64,000 nucleotides of DNA from Mobula hypostoma. Its lineage: Eukaryota. Positions 1-13,189 of this stretch are shown here, piece by piece. Numbering within the stretch: position 1 is the stretch's first letter; each line of letters opens with the position of its first letter. Made by a program: the position numbers and the translations under genes. The notes beneath the pieces were generated by a model that did not search any database, was not told where the DNA came from, and was given only the letters and a program-made list of their open reading frames with translations. The stretch lies in the NCBI RefSeq assembly GCF_963921235.1, contig NC_086100.1, positions 48,546,001 through 48,610,000 of the forward strand, written 5' to 3'.

Positions 1-2445
1 TGCTGCATCTGTGGAAGATCCTGAGAACCTTTTGGAGAAGGGGGAAGATCCCAGAACAGTGGAGAGTGGCTGAAGGGGTGTGGATCCCGAAGGAGGAAAA
101 TGCCACCCAGATAGATCAGTTTCACATCATCTCCCTGCTGTGTGTCGAGGCGAAGATCTCCTTCAGTTCTGTTTCTAACCGGCTGTGCACCTACTTAGCA
201 AAGAACACCTATATTGATACATCAGTCCAGAAGGGTGGCATTTCAGGGATGCCGGGCTGTCTGGAGCACATCGGTGTGGTGACACAGCTCATCAGGGAGG
301 CCAGAGAGAACAAGGGCAACCTGTCAGTGTTGTGGCTCGACCTGGCAAATGCATATGGCTCCATTCCGCACAAGCTGGCGCAGCTCACACTGGCCAAATA
401 TCACGTCCCCAGCAGAATCAGAGACCTTATCGCTGATTATTACAGCAACTTCAGGGTGGGGGTCTCTTCAGGAACAATTACATCAACCTGGCACAAGGTG
501 GAGGTCGGCATCATCACAGGGTGCACTATCTCAGTGACACTGTTCTCCCTAGCCATGAACATGCTCACTAAGTCAGCTGAACCAGAGTGCAGAGGGCCCA
601 GAATGAATTCCGCTCAACGGCAACCACCTATCAGGGCATTCATGGATGACCTCACAGTCACCACAGAATCAGTCCCAGGCTGCCGGGGGATTCTGCAAGG
701 GCTTGAAAATCTGGTGGAGTGGGCCCGGATGCGTTTCAAACCTGCCAAATCAAGATCGATGGTGCTGAGGAAAGGGATGGTGGAGAACAAGTTCCAGTTC
801 AGCATCGCAGGCACAGCCATCCCAACCATCACAGAAAAGCCGGTAAAGAGCTAGGCAAAGTGTTTGACAGCTCTTTAAGGGACACAACATCCAGTCATGC
901 AACCTGCACCAAGTTGGATGGCTGGCTGAAATCTGTGGACAAGTCTGGCCTACCTGGGAAGTTTAAAGCCTGGGTGTATCATCATGGCATTCTTCCCAGA
1001 ATCCTGTGGCCCCTCCTCGTCTATGCAGTTCCGATCTCGACAGTCGAAACCTTAGAGAGGAGGGTTAGCAACTACCTCAGAAGATGGCTGGGGCTGCCAA
1101 AAGGGTCTGAGCAGCACCACACCCTATGGACACCACAACAAACTACAACTGCCTTTCAAATCCTTGGAGGAAGAATTCAAGGTAACAAGAGCCAGAGAAG
1201 TGCTACAGTATAGGGACTCAAGTGACCCGAAGGTGGCTACAGCAGGGATCCAAGTGAGGACTGGCAGGAAGTGGAGGGCAGAGGAAGCTGTTCAGGAAGC
1301 AGAGGCGAGGCTGCGTCACAGGAGGCTGGTGGGAGTGGTCACACGAGGCTGAGCTGGGCTAGGATCCTTTCCAACTCCCCAAATGGACACCAGAGGGAAG
1401 GAAAGGCGTCGTCTAGTTCAGGAGGAGGTGAGAGCAGTAGTGGAGGAGATGAGAGCTTGCAAGGCGGTGGGAATGAAGCAACACGGAGCTTGGACAAAAT
1501 GGGAGAATGCAGTTGAGAGGAAAGTGACCTGGGCTGATCTTTGGAAACCAGAACCACACCACATCCAATTTCTCATCCAGGCAGTGTATGATGTGCTTCC
1601 AAGCCCATCAAACCTGCACACATGGAGCAAGGCAGAGTCATCTGCATGCCCACTGTGCTCCAAGCGAGGAACCCTGGAGCACATCCTCAGCGGCTGTGCA
1701 AGGGCACTTGGTGAGGGACGGTACAGATGGAGGCATGATCAGGTCCTGAAGACCATCACTGAAGCCATCAGCGCAGGAGTTGAGTGGGCGAAGCGGTCCC
1801 GACCCTCCAAGCAGACCATTGCCTTTGTCAGAGCTGGGGAGCAGCCAATACCTGCCAAAAGAATATCTGCAGGCATCCTGACCTCTGCAAGGGACTGGCA
1901 GCTGTTGGTGGACCTCGAATGGCAGCTGACGTTCCCCAACCATCTCCTAGCCACCACCCTGCGACCAGACATTGTCCATATATCTGAGTCTACTAAGCAA
2001 GTGGTGCTGCTGGAGCTGATAGTCCCATGGGAAGATCGCTTGGAAGAGGCCTTTGAAAGGAAGCTCTTCAAGTACACAGGACTGGTCAGCAACTGTCAGC
2101 AGGCTGATGGAGACCGAGGTGTCTCCCAGTGGGGGTTGGTTGCAGAGGATTTGCAGCCCGTTCCTTAGCTAGAGCCTTCAGCAATTTGGGCATTGAGGGA
2201 GAGAGGAAGAGGAGAGCCATCCGCAGTACCACCGATGTGGCAGAGAGGGCCTCAAGATGGCTGTGGCTCAAAAGAGGGGAACAATGGAGTCATAAGTAGC
2301 TAGCCATCTGGACACAAGCTGGGGTCTGATCAGCCCCGGCTGGGTCACCTGGAGGAGGTTGTATGATGTTGAAAGACCCAAAACACCCAATGATTCCAGG
2401 AACATCACTGAAAATGAGTCCAGAAGCATCAGTAGATGTATATAC
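1..2445 (+). mobile_element. HERO-type non-LTR retrotransposon (RT plus restriction-like endonuclease), degenerate, 5' part outside the window
   Basis: RT motifs WLDLANAYGSIPH, GIITGCTISVTLF and AFMDDL (66..854); thumb region LPGKFKAWVY...ILPRILWPL; CCHC knuckle CPLCSKRGTLEHILSGC, then RYRWRHDQVL and RPDIV..ELIVPWE; C-terminal ASRWLWLK near 2250-2272; short 3' UTR. Frameshifts near 850, 1100 and 2110, stop at 1350. Confidence 0.92.
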
Positions 2446-4241
2446 ACTGTGCCTCCAAGTGCCATTTCAGAAAGTAGTTAATAGTTGATCAGCATGTTGG
2501 TCATTACAGTACCCAAAATGAATCTAACAATTTTGGAGTACCATATTTGACTCCAGCTCTTACTTAAATTAACAAAATTCAAATTCCCCAGTCCAGCAAG
2601 TTGAACTCGTGTCTTCAAATCATTAGTTCCAGTCTCTTGATTATTTGGGCAATACATAAACCAAATACTATCATACAATTTCACTTTTGATTCAAAGTGC
2701 ATGTAATTGAATTTCTTACAACTTCCCTTCTAAAAATCTGTCTTTATATTCATTTCAGTAACATTGCATAAGCCCACTTTTATTGCAATTTGCCTAGTGC
2801 TGAAAGCCCTCACCAAAGCCTTTGGCAACTTGTCTTTGCTATTTCAATCAATTCTTGGCTGCATTCTGATTTTGTATCCTTCTTAAATTTGAGATTATTC
2901 AAAACTCTCCTGTCCATTTTCTGACACACTAAATCCTCATAATTGCTGGCTTCAGTGCTCATTACCCTTAAGTTATGTTTTTCTTGAAACACATAGTCAT
3001 GATTTCAAATCCACTTTTACCTTGCCCTATTTTATCTCTGTAATCTCTTCTAGTTTTCCCAAATATTTGGCGTTTTCCTGTTACTGCCTTTTGAGCCTCC
3101 TCAGTGTTATTGTTCCCTCAAAGATGACCAGGTCTTTTGAGTACCACAGTTCCAAATTTAAAAATTTCCTCCCTAGATAACTTTAGATTGAAACATCCAT
3201 TTCCTCCTTTTAGAAAAAAACCATCTTTCCTAATGTGGATTTGTGTAAGATTTTATTTAGAAATACTCAATGCACCTTGGGCTCTTTAGTATATTTTAAG
3301 GTGGTATGTAAATACAAATTCTTCTGAGACCGATGTTCCCTCTCAGGCTTATTCCCACAAACTTGTTGGTTCTGTACTGTCTCATTGTGGCCTCCATTCC
3401 ACTTGATTTTTGTAAACGGGCCCTTGAGGCCATCATTTCAAAACCATTATAATCATTCCTCCAAGTGTTCACTCTTTACCCAATTGACCAAGAAACAATC
3501 AGCCAAAATCGCAGACATTTTCTATTCTAAATCCCTTGAAAGTGCTGCAGCCTTTCAGATCTTTGAATTATTTTTACACAGTCCCATATCCAAGTATTTA
3601 AGTCAGGGTTTTATTCCTGTTAGAGCAGTGATTGAGGCCCAATCAAAGACCCATAGCAAATTCTGCATGGCACTTATTTTAGTGCCTTATCATTCCTTGT
3701 CTGTCTGCAGATTTTGACGTTATTAAGCAGATTCGGCATCTCTGTTAGTTCATTATCTTGCTCTTTGGGGCTACCCATATCTCATACAGTCAAATAGGGC
3801 AGAGATAGGCCCTCTGGTCCACTTGGTCCGTGTCAAGCAAAACATTCCCTTCTCATTTCAGATCATCTCCAATGGCTTCCCAATACACTACTCGTCAGAT
3901 AACTCTTAGGACCTCTGAGGATCCACTATTAGCCCCTCTTAATTCCCACTGCAAACAGACAACCATATCAGATCCCACAGACTAGCAGCATACACCTTTA
4001 CCTCATTTTGTTGCTACCTTGTCATACTGGTTCCCTGACATTCTGTGTTCAATAAGAAAAATTTACAATTAAGTGTTAAGGATGACCAAGGCCAGTATCT
4101 TAAGCTCCTAGAAATGAAAATTCATTTGAAACTCTGATGCTGATTTTTTTACTGTGCACCATCTCTTGCTTTCCTTTTTAGCCCTACGATCACTGATCCA
4201 CATTGAACCCAAGACTAGTAAATCATAAGCAAATTAAGAAT

Positions 4242-4336
4242 CTTGATGAAGGGACTCAGCCCGAAACTCTGACTGTCTATACTTTTCCATGGATGCTGCC
4301 TGACCTACTAAGTTCCTCTAGTATATTGTGTGTGTT
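4242..4336 (+). mobile_element. PLE-terminus short element with degenerate hammerhead motif
   Basis: TCTTGATGAAGGGACTCAGCCCGAAACTCTGACTGT...GATGCTGCCTGACCTAC...TGTGTGTG matches the family seen at 47836-47988; core has C>T (TTGATGA). Confidence 0.8.
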
Positions 4337-4699
4337 ACCCAAGACAAGCAATACTTCTTTGGTCTCTCCCCTCCCTAATTCTGCTATATCCAACCCTTTT
4401 ACCCTACAGTCATCTAAGGACTCTGAGGATTTTACCATCTGCATTTAAAAATTGACACCATCATTGTTGATTTTGTTTCGGGCTGTATAGGCTTTATGTT
4501 TGGTAGATCCCTCCGAAAGCCTCACAGTCTTGTTATCAGATTCTACTGGCAAATGTTCCTGTGAAATACCTTTTACTGTATATATACAGGTTAATCAGCT
4601 GTTTTGGTGAATATTTGTTACCTGGATTGATCCTTGAATTAAAAATCACTGAGAAGTAGACACTGTTCAAACATTTCCTTCAATTCAATTGATTGTGCT

Positions 4700-5200
4700 A
4701 ATTGTGCTCAATATTACTTACCTAGCTCTGATCCACTCTCCTGATAACCTTACCTAATAAAAATCTATCTGTCTTGGTCTTGAAATTTTGGTTGTCTGAG
4801 AATTCACTGTCATTTCAAGGACGTAATTCCACATTTTCTTTGCCCTCGCTTTGAATATATGCTTCCTCATTCAATTCTGAATAGACTTGTTCTGATTTTA
4901 ATATTGTACCCTTCTGTCTTGGAATTTCCCATCAGAGGAAATAGCTTCTCTGTGTCAACTGTAATAAATTTGTGGCACTTTTTAAACATCTCAATCACAA
5001 CATCTTTTAATCTTCTACCCTAATGATCACACCCCAGAGTGTACAACATGTCTTCATAATTCTACCCTTTAAGGCCTGCTCCCTTTCAAGAATACCTTCC
5101 ATTTACCCAGCTCAACACTAACATCTTTTTTCTGAAACTTAGTATACAGACTGAACACAATATTCCACATAAGATGTTTTGAAACTCTGTATAATTTGTT
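4700..5200 (-). mobile_element. Old CR1-like LINE 3' fragment
   Basis: Degenerate similarity by eye to the CR1 3' ends at 8400-8660 and 38600-39000 (aatctatc...aattccacatttt...gcttcctcat...ggaaatagcttctc). Confidence 0.5.
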
Positions 5201-5929
5201 CTCCATTATATGCAAAGGTTCTTAAACTAATTCAATGCTTTTGTTGCATTCTTGCCATCATTTAGTGATGGTAGAATATGTGACCAAAATTTTTTTCTTT
5301 CATTTTGTAGATTCTCATTAAAAAAGATACTGAAATTCGTCTGTTTCAATTTGTCAAATAATTCTGTGATGATAAACTGTGCAAAGACTGTTGTTCTGAC
5401 ATAAGATTTATCAACCAAACATCCACTGAAGAGTTTAACATTTATTACTGCCCTGAGTCTCCAAGTATCAAGCTCAGTTATAAAGTCCTTTGTATGAAAC
5501 ATTGCAAATATCTTTTGGAAGATACTTTGGACATTGGCAGTACTTACTTAAAGATTCGAAGCACATTTATTATCAAAGAACGTATAAATTATACACCTTG
5601 AAATTTGTCTGCTTACAGGCAGCCACAAAGTAAGAAACCCAAATAACCCAATTTTAAAAAGACCAAAATCCACTGTGCAGAGAAAGACAGAGAGAGAAAA
5701 AAATACACATCATGCAACCAAAACAAGCAAGCCAACAGCATTCTGAACCAGACTGAGTCCCAGATGTGTTCCTGGAGTAGGCCCAAGCCTCGTTCCCCAG
5801 TTCATCCCACTAGCGAGGCAGAAACGCACGGCAGCCAGGTCAGTTCACAGCCTCAGCACTGCGGAGGAAGAGATAAACATTCACAGGAGAGCGAGCTAAT
5901 TCGGCCCGACCCTCACCTCTGTACCAGAC

Positions 5930-6063
5930 ACAAACACGAGGAATTCTGCAGATGCTGGAAATTGAAGTTACACACATCAAAGTTGCTGGTGAATGCAGCA
6001 GGCCAGGCAGCATCTCTAGGAAGAGGTACAGTCGACGTTTCGGGCCGAGGCCCTTCGTCAGGA
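5930..6063 (-). mobile_element. 134-bp PLE-terminus short element with hammerhead, 12-bp TSD
   Basis: Perfect TSD TCTGTACCAGAC at 5918-5929 and 6064-6075; minus strand reads TC-CTGACGA-AGGGCCTCGGCCC-GAAA-CGTC-GACTGTACC...GATGCTGCCTGGCCTGCTG...CCAGCATCTGCAGAATTCC. Confidence 0.92.
6027..6063 (-). ncRNA. Minimal type I hammerhead ribozyme motif
   Basis: CUGACGA, stem II GGGCC-UC-GGCCC, GAAA, CGUC cleavage site; the 5' strand of stem I is mostly lost and could be supplied by flanking UACAG pairing with CUGUA. Confidence 0.8.
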
Positions 6064-7529
6064 TCTGTACCAGACGCTGGGTTTTCCAGTGTATCGGTGT
6101 CAACATTTAAATTGTCCAAGCACCGTAGTGCCATGCGCCAGGACCCGGTCATCAGCTTAATACGTATTCAAGGCATTTTGCAGGCAGTCCTGAGATCAGA
6201 AAGCACTGGTATTACAATCCAGGGCGTAATGATCCATCATTGTTCTCAAGAGTGGATTTAGCGGATGATGATGGAGCTCCAGGTTTCAGCAGAAGGTTTT
6301 GCATTAGAGCTCATCAGTACTGAATGGGAGCAAGGGCAATCAGACTTGTATGGTGGAATACTGTTTAAAGTTTGGACCGAAAGTTCATAAGTCGGAAATG
6401 TGGTCATCACCTGAGTTCCTGAATGGCAAAAGATGTCTGCAGCCCTGCTGTAATCAGCATCTCCATACTGACAGTCACCTAAGCCAACATAAGTTGGGCA
6501 TTCACAAACTTGGAAGGACCTGTAGTCCATTCCTCGGATCCCCTCCAATCCAAAGCACATCTTTACTGCACTCATATCTGGTTAAGTAAGATGATAATGT
6601 GGGAATTTTAAAGGAAGACCTATTAATATGTATATTGGACATTAATCCTGCACATGTCAACCAAACTACGCTTATTTCAGAAGGCATCTAGAAAAAGCAG
6701 TAAACTTATATTTTAAAAAATTGTATTTTATGATTGTGTAAATTAACATAGTCTTTGCATAAATCAGATTAATCTGCGTACTTTTACTAATGGTAAAATA
6801 ATATAATACCCTGTATGATTCTAGTCAGAAAATTTCATTCAAGTTAGAATGGCATAATGTATAAAGCAAATTCATTGTTTAGAGGCTCAGTTAACTCATT
6901 TTTCCTAAGGGGAGAAAGAGAGAGAGGCAAACACAGAAAAGGAAAAGTCTGACTACTTGCTCATCACCAAATTGTGTTGAAGACTGATTGCCAGTAGTAA
7001 TTAAAATGAACTCCCCCTCCCATTCTATAGTGTGTGAACTATATCTGTTACATAGTTTGGCTAATTCATGGTTTTGAATAAACACCGCTCTAGTATTAAA
7101 CGTTTGTTAATATCTTCATCATTTTCCAGTGTTTCAAAACTGAAGTAATCTAGGTAGAAATAAGGTCTTTTGATGCCTCATTCAACTGTCATAAAACTTG
7201 TGTACCAGTGAAACTTACTCTTTTTGCATCACTTTCATCACATAAAGTCAAGTTTTCTTTTAACGCAGAGGTAAACTTTTCAGAATGTTGCAGCCTCCTC
7301 ACTCAAACCACCTGATCCCTTTCTGCATCCTTAGATAATTTACACTGTATACCCTGTCTGTATAATTCTAGTTTGAGGGGTTTTAAATGAAAATTTTGCT
7401 GTTTTTTCATTTATATATATACAAGAGGGGTTATAACTTTTTGAACCACTGCAATCCATGTGCTAAGACTGTTCCCACTGTTTTTTAATGTAAAGATTTC
7501 AAGGAGTTGAAAAGTAGTGCAGCAACCAG

Positions 7530-7760
7530 TTGTCTCCCCTTAGAACCTGAGACTGCCCCTGACCTCGGGTGCTGTTCGTGTGCCTGTTCTCTCTGTGAGC
7601 TTCTGAGTTTCCACCTGGTACTCTTGCTTCTTCCCACATCCTATGGATGTTCCAGTGGATTAATTGGCTACTGTAAATTACACCTTAGTAAAGGAGAGAG
7701 AATGGAGGCCTATGAGAGGATAAGATGCAGAGGGGCAAGGGTATTAGGACAGATAGGATT
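7530..7760 (+). mobile_element. Old SINE fragment (V-domain-like core)
   Basis: Motif cttcccacatcc...ttaattggctactgtaaattacaccttagt; a related copy lies at about 21660-21940. Confidence 0.45.
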
Positions 7761-8660
7761 GTTCTACTGGGAGACAACTTTTGAGGAGGTGGAGATTGAG
7801 CATTGCTGCAAAAGAACAATGATTAGGACTCTCTGCAGCCAAGTACAGTGTTCAGGCTAGGATGTAAATGGCAGGTCAAATCAAGATACTCTTGATGTGA
7901 ATGTTGCTGATCTTCTCAAGAAAATTTTACGGCTGCCTCCATCCAGTTAAATGGGGAACATTCTATCACGTTCGTGGCATCTAGCTTGAATGCAGAGACA
8001 CTTGAGAAGGAGAAAGAGGAATTCCCAATTGGCTAAAAATTCAGTGCAATGCCTTTAGAGGTCCATTGGCCACAGCTCACAATATTCTGAAGCAGAGCTG
8101 GTAAAGTCAGAGGAGACGTGGTTTCAGAGCAAAGACTGGCTGACTAAAATTTGTGTAAAGATGGAACAAGTGATAGCAGCATTGGTTATGCAACAATTGA
8201 GCTTGTGTGTCTACTGTAATATGGAAAAGGCTGATGTTGCCTTTCTTCTGTTCTCCTGTAAATCTTTCACATAATGCCTCTGTTATTCCACAGAGTAAGA
8301 GGATCCATGTTGTCCCAATCAAAAACAAAACTCAGTAGTTTGCACCTGCATCTACTTAAGGCTGACTGGTGAGTATTCATGATTTATCAGTAATTCTCTG
8401 TAAGACCAGACATAGGAGCAGAATTAGGCCATTCAGCCCAACAAGTTTTATCTGATATTTGATCATGTCTGATTTATTTTCCTTCTCAACTCCATTTTCT
8501 TGCCTTTAACCCATAACCATTGACTTCCTTACTAATCATGAACTTATCAATCTCCACTTAAAATATACCCAATGACTTGTCCTGCATAGCCATTTATGTC
8601 GATGCATTCTACAGATTCACTACCCTCTTGCTGAAGAGAGTCTCCTTATCTCTGTCCTCA

Positions 8661-9160
8661 AACTATGTTGTGTTTAAATTTGGAAAAAGTTAGAAGTGTT
8701 GTTTATGATCCCTCTATTAATTTTGAAAAGACCTGGAGGCCATTTATTCAACATTTTCATATGATGTAATTTGACCTTTTCCAAACTTATTCTATTTCTT
8801 TGTAATATTTGTTGAGAGGAATGGTGTCGTCGACACTAATGCTTTTTTTAATGATGTTATATAACAGCCCATGTCTTTTTTTTTTAGTTTAGTTGATTAA
8901 TACTGTTTAGGTTAGTTTTTTTGGGGGGGGATTTATAGTTTTATTTTTTTCTCTTTCCTTTTTCATGATTTTTTTAGATATTTTTCTTTGTTTTATATTG
9001 TTCATCTGTATCCTCAATGATTGGGAGTTTTAACATTTAAGTGTCAACTGGGTTTATATTTAATTATGTCAATTATAACAATGTATTCCCAATAACTTTG
9101 TATCATTATTATGTTACATTTATTATTATGAAACTATCCAATAAAAGGATTGAAAAAGAT
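8661..9160 (+). mobile_element. L1-clade LINE 3' end (ORF2 C-terminus, 3' UTR, A-rich tail) nested in CR1
   Basis: Translates TMLCLNLEKVRSVVYDPSINFEKTWRPFIQHFH (L1 ORF2 terminal pattern), then a T-rich UTR with a G run and AATAAA near 9140. Confidence 0.75.
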
Positions 9161-10919
9161 ACAGGTACGTTCTTCTATTCTGAGGCTCTACCCTCTAATC
9201 CTACACTCTCCCACTACTGGAAACATCCTCCTCACGTCCACTGTATCTAGGTTTCATTGAGATCTCCCTTCATTGTTCTAAATTCCAGATAGTATGAGCC
9301 CAGTGCCATCAAACACTCCTCATACGTTAACCCTTTCGTTCCCAGGATAAATTTTGTGAAACTCCTCTGATCCCTGCCCAATAACAACACATCCTTGCTT
9401 ACATCGTCTGAACCCTTAGTGCCTAGATTGCACATGGGGCTCCCTGCTTACATACAGGTCCCAAATCTTCTCACAATACTCCAAATACAGACTGGACAAT
9501 GCCTTATAAGCCTTGGCATCACACCCATATTTTTATATACTAATGAATACTCTCAAAGTGAATGTTAAAATTGCATTTGCTTTCCTAACTACTGACTAAA
9601 CCTGCAAGCTAACCTTTAGAGAATCCTGCAATAGGACTCCCAAGTCCCCTTGCACCTCTGATTTCTGAATTCACTCCTCATTTAGAAAATACTCCACACC
9701 TTTATTCCTTCCACCAAAGCACATAACCACACACTTCCCTGGATTGTATTTCATTTGCCACTTCTCTGCTCATTCTCCCAATCTGTACAAGGCCACCTGC
9801 AATATCCCTGCTTCCTCAACACTACTTTCCCCTCCACCTATTTCTGTATCATCCCCAAATCCATCAATTCCGTAATCCAGGTCATTAATATATAACATGA
9901 AATGTTGTGGACCCAGCACCCTATGGAACACTGCTGGCACCCTACCAGAAAAGGCACCCTTTATACCCACTTTCTGCCTCCTGCCTTTCAGTCAATCTAC
10001 CATCCATGCTAGTATCTTTCCTGTTGAACAATGGGCTCTTATTCAGCATCCTCAAATTCGGCACTTTGTCAAAGGATTTCTGAAAATCCAAGTAAACAAC
10101 ATAGATTGGCTCTCCTTTGTCTATCCTGACTTATTTCCTCAAAGAATTCCAACAAATTTATCAGGCAAGATTTTCCCTTAGGAAATAATGCTGACTTTGG
10201 CCTCTTTTATCATTTGCCTCCAAATACCCCAAAACCTCATCCTTAATAATGGACTTTACTATCTTGCCAACCACTGAAGTCAGGCTAACTGGCCTATAAT
10301 TCCCTTTCTTTTGCCTCCTTCCCTTCTTAAAGAGTGGAGTGATTTGCAATTTTCCAGTCCTTAGCAACCATTCCAGAATTCTTGAAAGATCTCAATTAAT
10401 ACCTCCATAAACTCTTCAGCTACTTAGTTCAGAATGCTGGTGAATAGTCCATCCGTTTCAGTTTACTTGCCTACCTTCAGAACTTTCAGAATCTACTTAG
10501 TAATAGCAGTACACTCACTTCTGCCCAAGACTCGTGGATTTCTGGCCTCCTGCTGATGTTTTCCACTGATGCAAAATATTTACTCAGTTCACTCGACATT
10601 CTTTTTCCTTCATTACCACCCCTCCAGTGTCATTTTCCAGTGGTTTGATGTCTAGTCTTGCCTCTCTTTTGTTACTTATATATCTGAAAAAAAACTTCTG
10701 GTACCCTCTTTTATATTATATCTTTTAACTCACTATTGCTTTTTTCTTATTTTCCTTCAGCTGATTTTTAAAAGCTTCCCAATACTCCACCTTTGCACTA
10801 ATTTTTGCTATATTGTATATCCTCTCTTTTGTTTTTTATGCTGTCTTTGACTTCCCTTGTTACGCAGAGTTGCCTCATCCTCCCTTTAGAGTGCATCTTC
10901 TTCTCTGTGTTGAACTGAT

Positions 10920-11052
10920 CCTTTTAAATCTACTCCTCACATGTTTTTCTCCAGTCCTGCCGAAGAGTTTTGGCCTGAAACACCGACTGTACTTTTTTCC
11001 ATGTATGCTGCCTGGCCTGCTGAGTTCCTCCAGCATTTTCTGTGTGTTGCTC
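10920..11052 (+). mobile_element. PLE-terminus element with degenerate hammerhead, nested in CR1
   Basis: CAGTC-CTGCCGA-AGAGTTTTGGCCT-GAAA-CACC-GACTG followed by ATGCTGCCTGGCCTGCTGAGTTCCTCCAGCATTTT. Confidence 0.85.
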
Positions 11053-12244
11053 CTGTAAATTATTCCTTGAAACACCAGCCATTGCTGCTCTACAGTCATC
11101 CCTGATGACATTATCTTCCAATCAACTTTGGGAGATCCTCTTTCACGCTTCTGTAGTTCCTTTTATTCCACTGTAAGACTGATGCCTCAGATTTTAGCTT
11201 CTCCCTCTCAAACTGATGAATGAATTCCATCATATTATGATCACTGTTTCTTAGGAGTTCTTTACCTCAAGCTCCCTAATTCATTATGGTTCATTACACA
11301 GACCCAATCTGGAATTGCCTTTTCCCTAGTGGGCTTGGCCACAGGTTGCTCTAAAAAGCCATCTCTTAGGCATCCTACAAATTCCTTCTCTTGGATCCAG
11401 CATCAAACTGATTTTCCCAATCTACCTGCATATTTCTATATTCCATTTTAACTCGTACCCCACATCCTGATTACTACTCTAATTTGGGTAATTCTACCTT
11501 TCTTAATTCCACCCAGAAGAATTCTCCATCTTCTAATCCTATGTCACTTCTAAGGATTTGATTTTGTTTTTTACCAACAGAACCAATCCACCCATCTGCG
11601 TGTCCTTTTGATACGTGTTTCCTTGGATGTTAAGTTCCCAGCTATCATCTTTTCTCAGCTACAACTCAGGGATGCCCATAACGTCATACCTGCCAATTTC
11701 TAACTGCTCTGCAAGATCATCTACCTTATTGCATATGCTGCCTGTATTCAAACATAACCCCTTCAGTCCTATACTCACCACCATTGTCAATTTTGTCTCC
11801 CTAGTACCTGAAGTTAAAGTCTTATCCCTTTCTAATTGTGCTGTCTGGGTTTTTATTCTGGGGGCTTCTGTAAACTCTGTTCTGTAAACTCATTTCCCTT
11901 CTCTTTTACTCTTTCCATACTCTTCCAAGTTGTCGAACCCGCCCCCTACTATTTATGTTAAAGACATATCCACAGCGCTAGTTTTACAATTCTTCAGGAC
12001 CCTGGTCTCTGCATGCTTCAAATGGAAAAATATTCAAAGATACATTTATTATCAAAGTATGTATGGTACATACAACTCTGATATTCTTGTCTCTCGGTAG
12101 CTACAAAACTGGAGGTTCTGGATTAAAAACAAGTGTTCTGGAGACTAGTCCGGCATGAAGGCATAATTACAGCTTGAAAGTGGATATAGACATGAGCAAT
12201 AACAAGAAAACAAGAAAACCAATAGTAAGTGAAAATTAAAAATA

Positions 12245-12342
12245 CCAGGAATGCTGGAACTCTGAAACAAATTCGGAAAATGCCTGAAACTCTTAGTAAT
12301 CCAGGCAGCATCCTCGGAAAGAGAAACAGTTAATATTTCAGA
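12245..12342 (-). mobile_element. Old PLE-terminus fragment
   Basis: aatgctggaact...ccaggcagcatc...gagaaacagttaatatttcag is a diverged match to the family; ribozyme core not retained. Confidence 0.55.
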
Positions 12343-13189
12343 TCATTTCTTCATTTGTTTCTCAACAAGTAGCATTGTCCATAGTGTTAGAACCAGAAAT
12401 CATTTTGCAGCAGGTAAAATATTTTTGAAGTATGTATTTGTAATTTGTCCATGCAATTAGTAATGTTCCACAAACTGTATTATGCTAATGACTAAACATT
12501 TTATTAGATACTGTGGAAGATTAAATATTGACTGGGACACTGGTGATATATTTTCTCTGTTGTTTCTTCAACATTCACCAAAGAGAGCACACAGGGCCCT
12601 GGTTAAAGCTTTGCTGAAAAATGGCTCCTCTTCTGGTCCACCATCAACTAGAATATCAGCCGAGATTTTTGTTTTCAAGTGATACTTGAATGCATACCAT
12701 GTCTAAAATGCAAGAATTCAGCCAGTTAAGCGACAGGGTACTGTGTGAGGAAGGTCAGGGAGCTCATCTAAAAGACAGTCAAAGTTTGGAAGCTTTGTGA
12801 AGTATTTTTCGAACATCAGAAGACTATCTTCTGCCCCTGATGACTTTAGTGTGCTGGAACCTTTCTGCTTGGATTGTAGATGGCTTTTACAATGCTGAAG
12901 AATCAAAACATTTCAAGTTGTTGTTACATTTGCTCCATCCACTATCTGTTCTTTACTTTCTAGATTTTCTGCTAGATTATCTGCCTTGTTGTTCCTATAG
13001 AACTTTATTCACCTTTGAATAAATGTAGAAATTCCAGTTCAGAAATGTCCTATGTTTATATTTGATTGGTCCTCAATCTCTTTGTCATTCTCATCAAATC
13101 AGACCTGATTCTTTTTGGTAGAGAAGACAAGATATTCTTCATAAATACCTATTATGGAGGCATTATGCAAATTACCCTTTGTGTTTTCA

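Larger units (their letters stand above)
5553..6240 (-). mobile_element. LINE-tailed non-autonomous element / Rex1-Babar-like 3' end (host of the 5930 insertion)
   Basis: Tail aagattcgaagcacatttattatcaaag...tacaccttgaaatt is shared with 12035-12100, 34370-34440 and 59640-59720; far boundary approximate. Confidence 0.5.
8400..12020 (-). mobile_element. CR1-clade LINE, degenerate, interrupted by an L1 3' end and a PLE unit
   Basis: RT remnants ITPLFKKGRRQKKGNYRPVSLTSVVGKIVKSIIKD (10161..10367), VLGPQHFMLYINDLD...DDTEIGG (9770..9970) and KGLTYEECL..LGSYYLEFR (9247..9435); 3' tail gacataggagcagaattaggccattcagccc at about 8410. Confidence 0.88.

Noticed and set aside
2320-2420. Hammerhead ribozyme in the HERO 3' UTR
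   Set aside because: CTGATCA and CAAAAC do not satisfy the CUGANGA and GAAA boxes in the required arrangement.
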